From Candidatus Bipolaricaulia bacterium (GTDB taxonomy: Bacteria > Bipolaricaulota > Bipolaricaulia > JBHIAT01), in assembly GCA_046758705.1 (NCBI GenBank), contig JBHIAT010000056.1:1-19889 (forward strand): 19,889 bases of DNA, read 5' to 3'. Under the pieces are notes generated by a model. The model saw nothing but the letters and a program-made list of their open reading frames with translations, was not told the DNA's origin and did not search any database. Shown here in pieces: positions 17,149-19,889 of the stretch. Within the stretch, counting starts at the first letter, position 1, and each line of letters begins with the position of its first letter. The position numbers and the translations under genes were made by a program.

Positions 17149-18447
17149 ATGGAAACGATTTATCAGAATTGCTACCGCGAGACCCTCGTCAACGGGATGG
17201 ATCTCCTTCTGGAACAGATGCCTTATGCTCACTCGGTCAGCCTCGGTGTTTGGTTGCGGACCGGCAGCCGGGATGAACCCAAACGGCGGAACGGCATCAC
17301 CCACTTCATCGAGCATATGCTGTTCAAGGGCACACACAAGCGCACCGCGTTCCAGATCTCCGAGGAGATCGATGCCATCGGGGGGATCATCAACGCGGTG
17401 ACCGCCCGGGAATACGTTTGCTACTACGTCGACTGCCTCCCCCACCACCTCGGGGTGGCCCTGGATGTGCTGAGCGATCTCGTCCAAAACCCGCGGTTCC
17501 TCTCCGCAGAGATCGAGCGGGAGAAGGGAGTGGTTCTCGAGGAGATCCGTATGGGGAAAGAGGATCCCAAGGATGAGATCTTCGATCTGTTCGCCGGTCA
17601 CCTGTGGCAGAATGGACATCCGCTCTCGATCCCCGTGGTAGGAGATGAACAGATGGTGAAGGAGTTGACTCGGGAGGAGTTGGTACACCAATTCCATCGC
17701 CATTATCATCCTGGCAACATGGTCTTGGCCGCCGCCGGGAACCTGGATGAACGGAGGTTCCTGGAGCTGGCTGAGGCGCGGTTCGGCGATCTGAGGCGTA
17801 GGGGGCAGGCCGACAACGAGGTCGATCGCACTCCACCCCAGTCGAACGGCGGGTTCCACCTGGTGGGGCGGCGTAATGCCCAGCAGACCCATATCTGTCT
17901 GGGGACCAAGGGAATACGTCACGGGGATGAGCGACGGTTCGCCCTAGGGATCATGAACACCGTCCTCGGAGGCGGGATGAGCTCCAGGCTGTTCAAGCGG
18001 ATCCGGGAGGAAACCGGTCTCGCCTACGCGGTGTTCAGCACGATCCACCATTACTCCGATACCGGTCTGTTTCTCATCTACGCAGGCACGGATCCCGACA
18101 ACGTCAAGCAAGTTATCGAGATCTCGTTGGAGGAGATCGATCGCCTCAAGGAGCAGACCATCTCCCCGGAGACCCTGAGACTCGCCAAGGAGAAGATCAA
18201 GGGGAACCTGTTGCTCGGCCTGGAGAGCAGCCACGCCCGGATGACCCGGCTCGGGATCGCCGAGGTCTATGAGGAGCGTCCGCTGGAGATCGATGAGTGG
18301 ATCGTGAAGATCGACGAGGTCGACCGGGAGGCGGTGCACCAGGTTTCCGAGGAGTTGTTCGGATCGAATCATCTGACGCTGACGGTCATCACGCCCCGGG
18401 GGAAGTCTCACTCCGACCTCTCCGATCTTCTGGCCGATCGGACTTGA
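17149..18447 (+). CDS. M16 (pitrilysin) family zinc peptidase
   Basis: Inverted motif HFIEH (HxxEHMLFKGT), REKGVVLEEI, LGGGMSSRLF..IREETGLAY; such peptidases commonly sit after rpsO-pnp. Confidence 0.94.
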   Translation: METIYQNCYRETLVNGMDLLLEQMPYAHSVSLGVWLRTGSRDEPKRRNGITHFIEHMLFKGTHKRTAFQISEEIDAIGGIINAVTAREYVCYYVDCLPHHLGVALDVLSDLVQNPRFLSAEIEREKGVVLEEIRMGKEDPKDEIFDLFAGHLWQNGHPLSIPVVGDEQMVKELTREELVHQFHRHYHPGNMVLAAAGNLDERRFLELAEARFGDLRRRGQADNEVDRTPPQSNGGFHLVGRRNAQQTHICLGTKGIRHGDERRFALGIMNTVLGGGMSSRLFKRIREETGLAYAVFSTIHHYSDTGLFLIYAGTDPDNVKQVIEISLEEIDRLKEQTISPETLRLAKEKIKGNLLLGLESSHARMTRLGIAEVYEERPLEIDEWIVKIDEVDREAVHQVSEELFGSNHLTLTVITPRGKSHSDLSDLLADRT

Positions 18448-18472
18448 AAAACCGTTCTAAGGGTGCTAAATT
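18444..18472 (+). promoter_or_regulatory. Putative sigma70 promoter of glmM: TTGAAA-N17-TAAATT with extended -10 TG
   Basis: 17-nt spacer, TG at 18464-18465. Confidence 0.6.
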
Positions 18473-18551
18473 TTGGTTCGGGCAACCGTCCAGATTGCCT
18501 TCGTCATCTCCTTAGAGATCGAAACAGGAGGTCTTCATTCAGGTAGGGAGA

Positions 18552-19886
18552 TTGTTCGGAACCGATGGGGTACGGGGGATCGCCAACCGGGAGCTGACCC
18601 CGGAGTTGGCCATGGGGCTGGGCCGGGCCGCTTCCTTGCTTGCGGCCGGGGAGTTCGATGCCCGGGCGGTCGTCGGTCGGGATACCCGCCGGTCGGGGGC
18701 GATGCTGGAGGCGGCGTTCGCCGCCGGTCTCGCTTCGGTCGGGATCGACGTGCTGCTGGTCGGTGTGGTTCCCACCCCCACCATCCCGTTTCTGATCCGG
18801 GAGTTTGATGCCCGCTTCGGGACGATGATCTCCGCCTCCCATAACCCGGCTGAGGACAACGGGATCAAGTTCTTCGGCCCCGATGGTTTCAAGATCCCGG
18901 AATCGCTCGAGGCACACCTGGAGACGGCCCTAATCGAGAAGGCAAAGGGCGAGAAAAGGCCGATGGGAACGGGGATTGGGCGCATCCGAGTCGTGGAGGA
19001 TGGACTGCGAGGCTACCGGGCGTACCTGGCTGACGAGGTCATGGAAAATAGCGATCTGGACGGGGTTAGCATTCTCATCGACTGTGCCAACGGGGCCACC
19101 TCGGAGGTGGCCTCCCGAGTGCTGCGCGGTCTGGGAGCGGAGCTGATCCCCATCCATAACGCTCCGGACGGGGACAACATCAACCGGGCGTGTGGTTCCA
19201 CCGACATGCGGATGTTGCAGAACGCGGTCCGGCTCTACGACGTCGATCTCGGAGCCGCTTACGACGGCGACGGCGATCGGGTGTTGATGGTCGACGCAGA
19301 TGGTGAGATCGTAGACGGTGACCAACTGATGGTCTGTGCTGCCCTACACCTGGAAGGGCGGGGACGACTCGATCCCCGGACGGTCGTCGCCACGGTGATG
19401 AGCAACATGGGGATGGAACGGGCGCTCAATCGCCACAAGATCGAGCTGATCAGAACCCGGGTGGGTGACCGGTATGTGGCACAGGAGATGGAAGCGTGCG
19501 GGGCGCGGCTCGGTGGCGAGCAATGCGGGCACATCATCTTCCGGGATCATAGCACCACCGGGGACGGTCTGATCACCACGTTGAAGATCCTGGAGGTTAT
19601 GAAGGCCGAGACGGCAAGCCTTAAGGAGCTAGTGGCTCAGATGGAACGGTATCCTCAGGCGCTCAGGAACGTCCCGGCCCAGTACAAGGAGCGCTTCTCA
19701 GCGAGCGAGCCGATCGAGGAGGCGCTCACCGTTCAACGTCGCAGGTTCGGGGAAGCGGTTCGCATCCTGGTCCGACCCTCCGGCACCCAGCCCGTGATCC
19801 GGGTGATGGTGGAAGGGGAGGATGAGCCGTTGATCGCTGAGATCGCCGATAAGTTAGCAACCGTCATCGAGAAGGAGTTAAACTGA
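18552..19886 (+). CDS. glmM: Phosphoglucosamine mutase (true start may be up to 15 nt upstream)
   Basis: FGTDGVRG, phosphoserine motif ISASHNP..DNGIK, metal loop DGDGDR, TVMSN, VGDRYV, RPSGTQP; TGA stop at 19884-19886. Confidence 0.95.
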   Translation: MFGTDGVRGIANRELTPELAMGLGRAASLLAAGEFDARAVVGRDTRRSGAMLEAAFAAGLASVGIDVLLVGVVPTPTIPFLIREFDARFGTMISASHNPAEDNGIKFFGPDGFKIPESLEAHLETALIEKAKGEKRPMGTGIGRIRVVEDGLRGYRAYLADEVMENSDLDGVSILIDCANGATSEVASRVLRGLGAELIPIHNAPDGDNINRACGSTDMRMLQNAVRLYDVDLGAAYDGDGDRVLMVDADGEIVDGDQLMVCAALHLEGRGRLDPRTVVATVMSNMGMERALNRHKIELIRTRVGDRYVAQEMEACGARLGGEQCGHIIFRDHSTTGDGLITTLKILEVMKAETASLKELVAQMERYPQALRNVPAQYKERFSASEPIEEALTVQRRRFGEAVRILVRPSGTQPVIRVMVEGEDEPLIAEIADKLATVIEKELN

Positions 19887-19889
19887 ACT

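Noticed and set aside
160-19550. Long antisense or alternative-frame ORFs (e.g. 160-984, 10814-11776, 16196-16993, 17095-17922)
   Set aside because: They overlap well-supported genes, carry no recognisable motifs and are expected shadows in GC-rich DNA.
1-19889. CRISPR array, rRNA or tRNA genes; UGA recoding of the whole genome
   Set aside because: No regularly spaced repeats or RNA-gene signatures seen; TGA ends qng1, pnp, the M16 peptidase and glmM at plausible positions.

Overview
Bacterial chromosomal window, mostly GC-rich (roughly 60% by eye), standard genetic code, in four blocks. (1) 52-3991, minus strand: a HesB/IscA-like protein, rqcH (NFACT), a site-2 M50 protease and an HtrA-like PDZ protease. 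(2) 4212-6396, plus strand: a queuosine-salvage hydrolase (QNG1/DUF2419) directly followed by a tgt whose GGSLG loop resembles queuine-inserting TGTs. (3) About 6420-12112, minus strand: an accessory signalling block with mosaic base composition. It holds a dCache-HAMP kinase with a Cph1/BphP-type transmitter, an Rcp1-type receiver, a REC-HisKA-HATPase hybrid, and two tandem-duplicated genes fusing an MshEN/T2SSE_N module to a REC domain. One copy ends in a CPxC...CPxC tail; the other lost it through a visible deletion of about 115 nt. (4) 12313-19886, plus strand: metallophosphoesterase, MtaD-like amidohydrolase, rpsO, pnp (two S1 domains), M16 peptidase and glmM. The best candidates for undescribed biology are the MshEN-REC(-Zn ribbon) regulators with their phosphorelay, and the qng1-tgt direct queuine salvage pair. 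All calls come from motifs read by eye; no searches were run.
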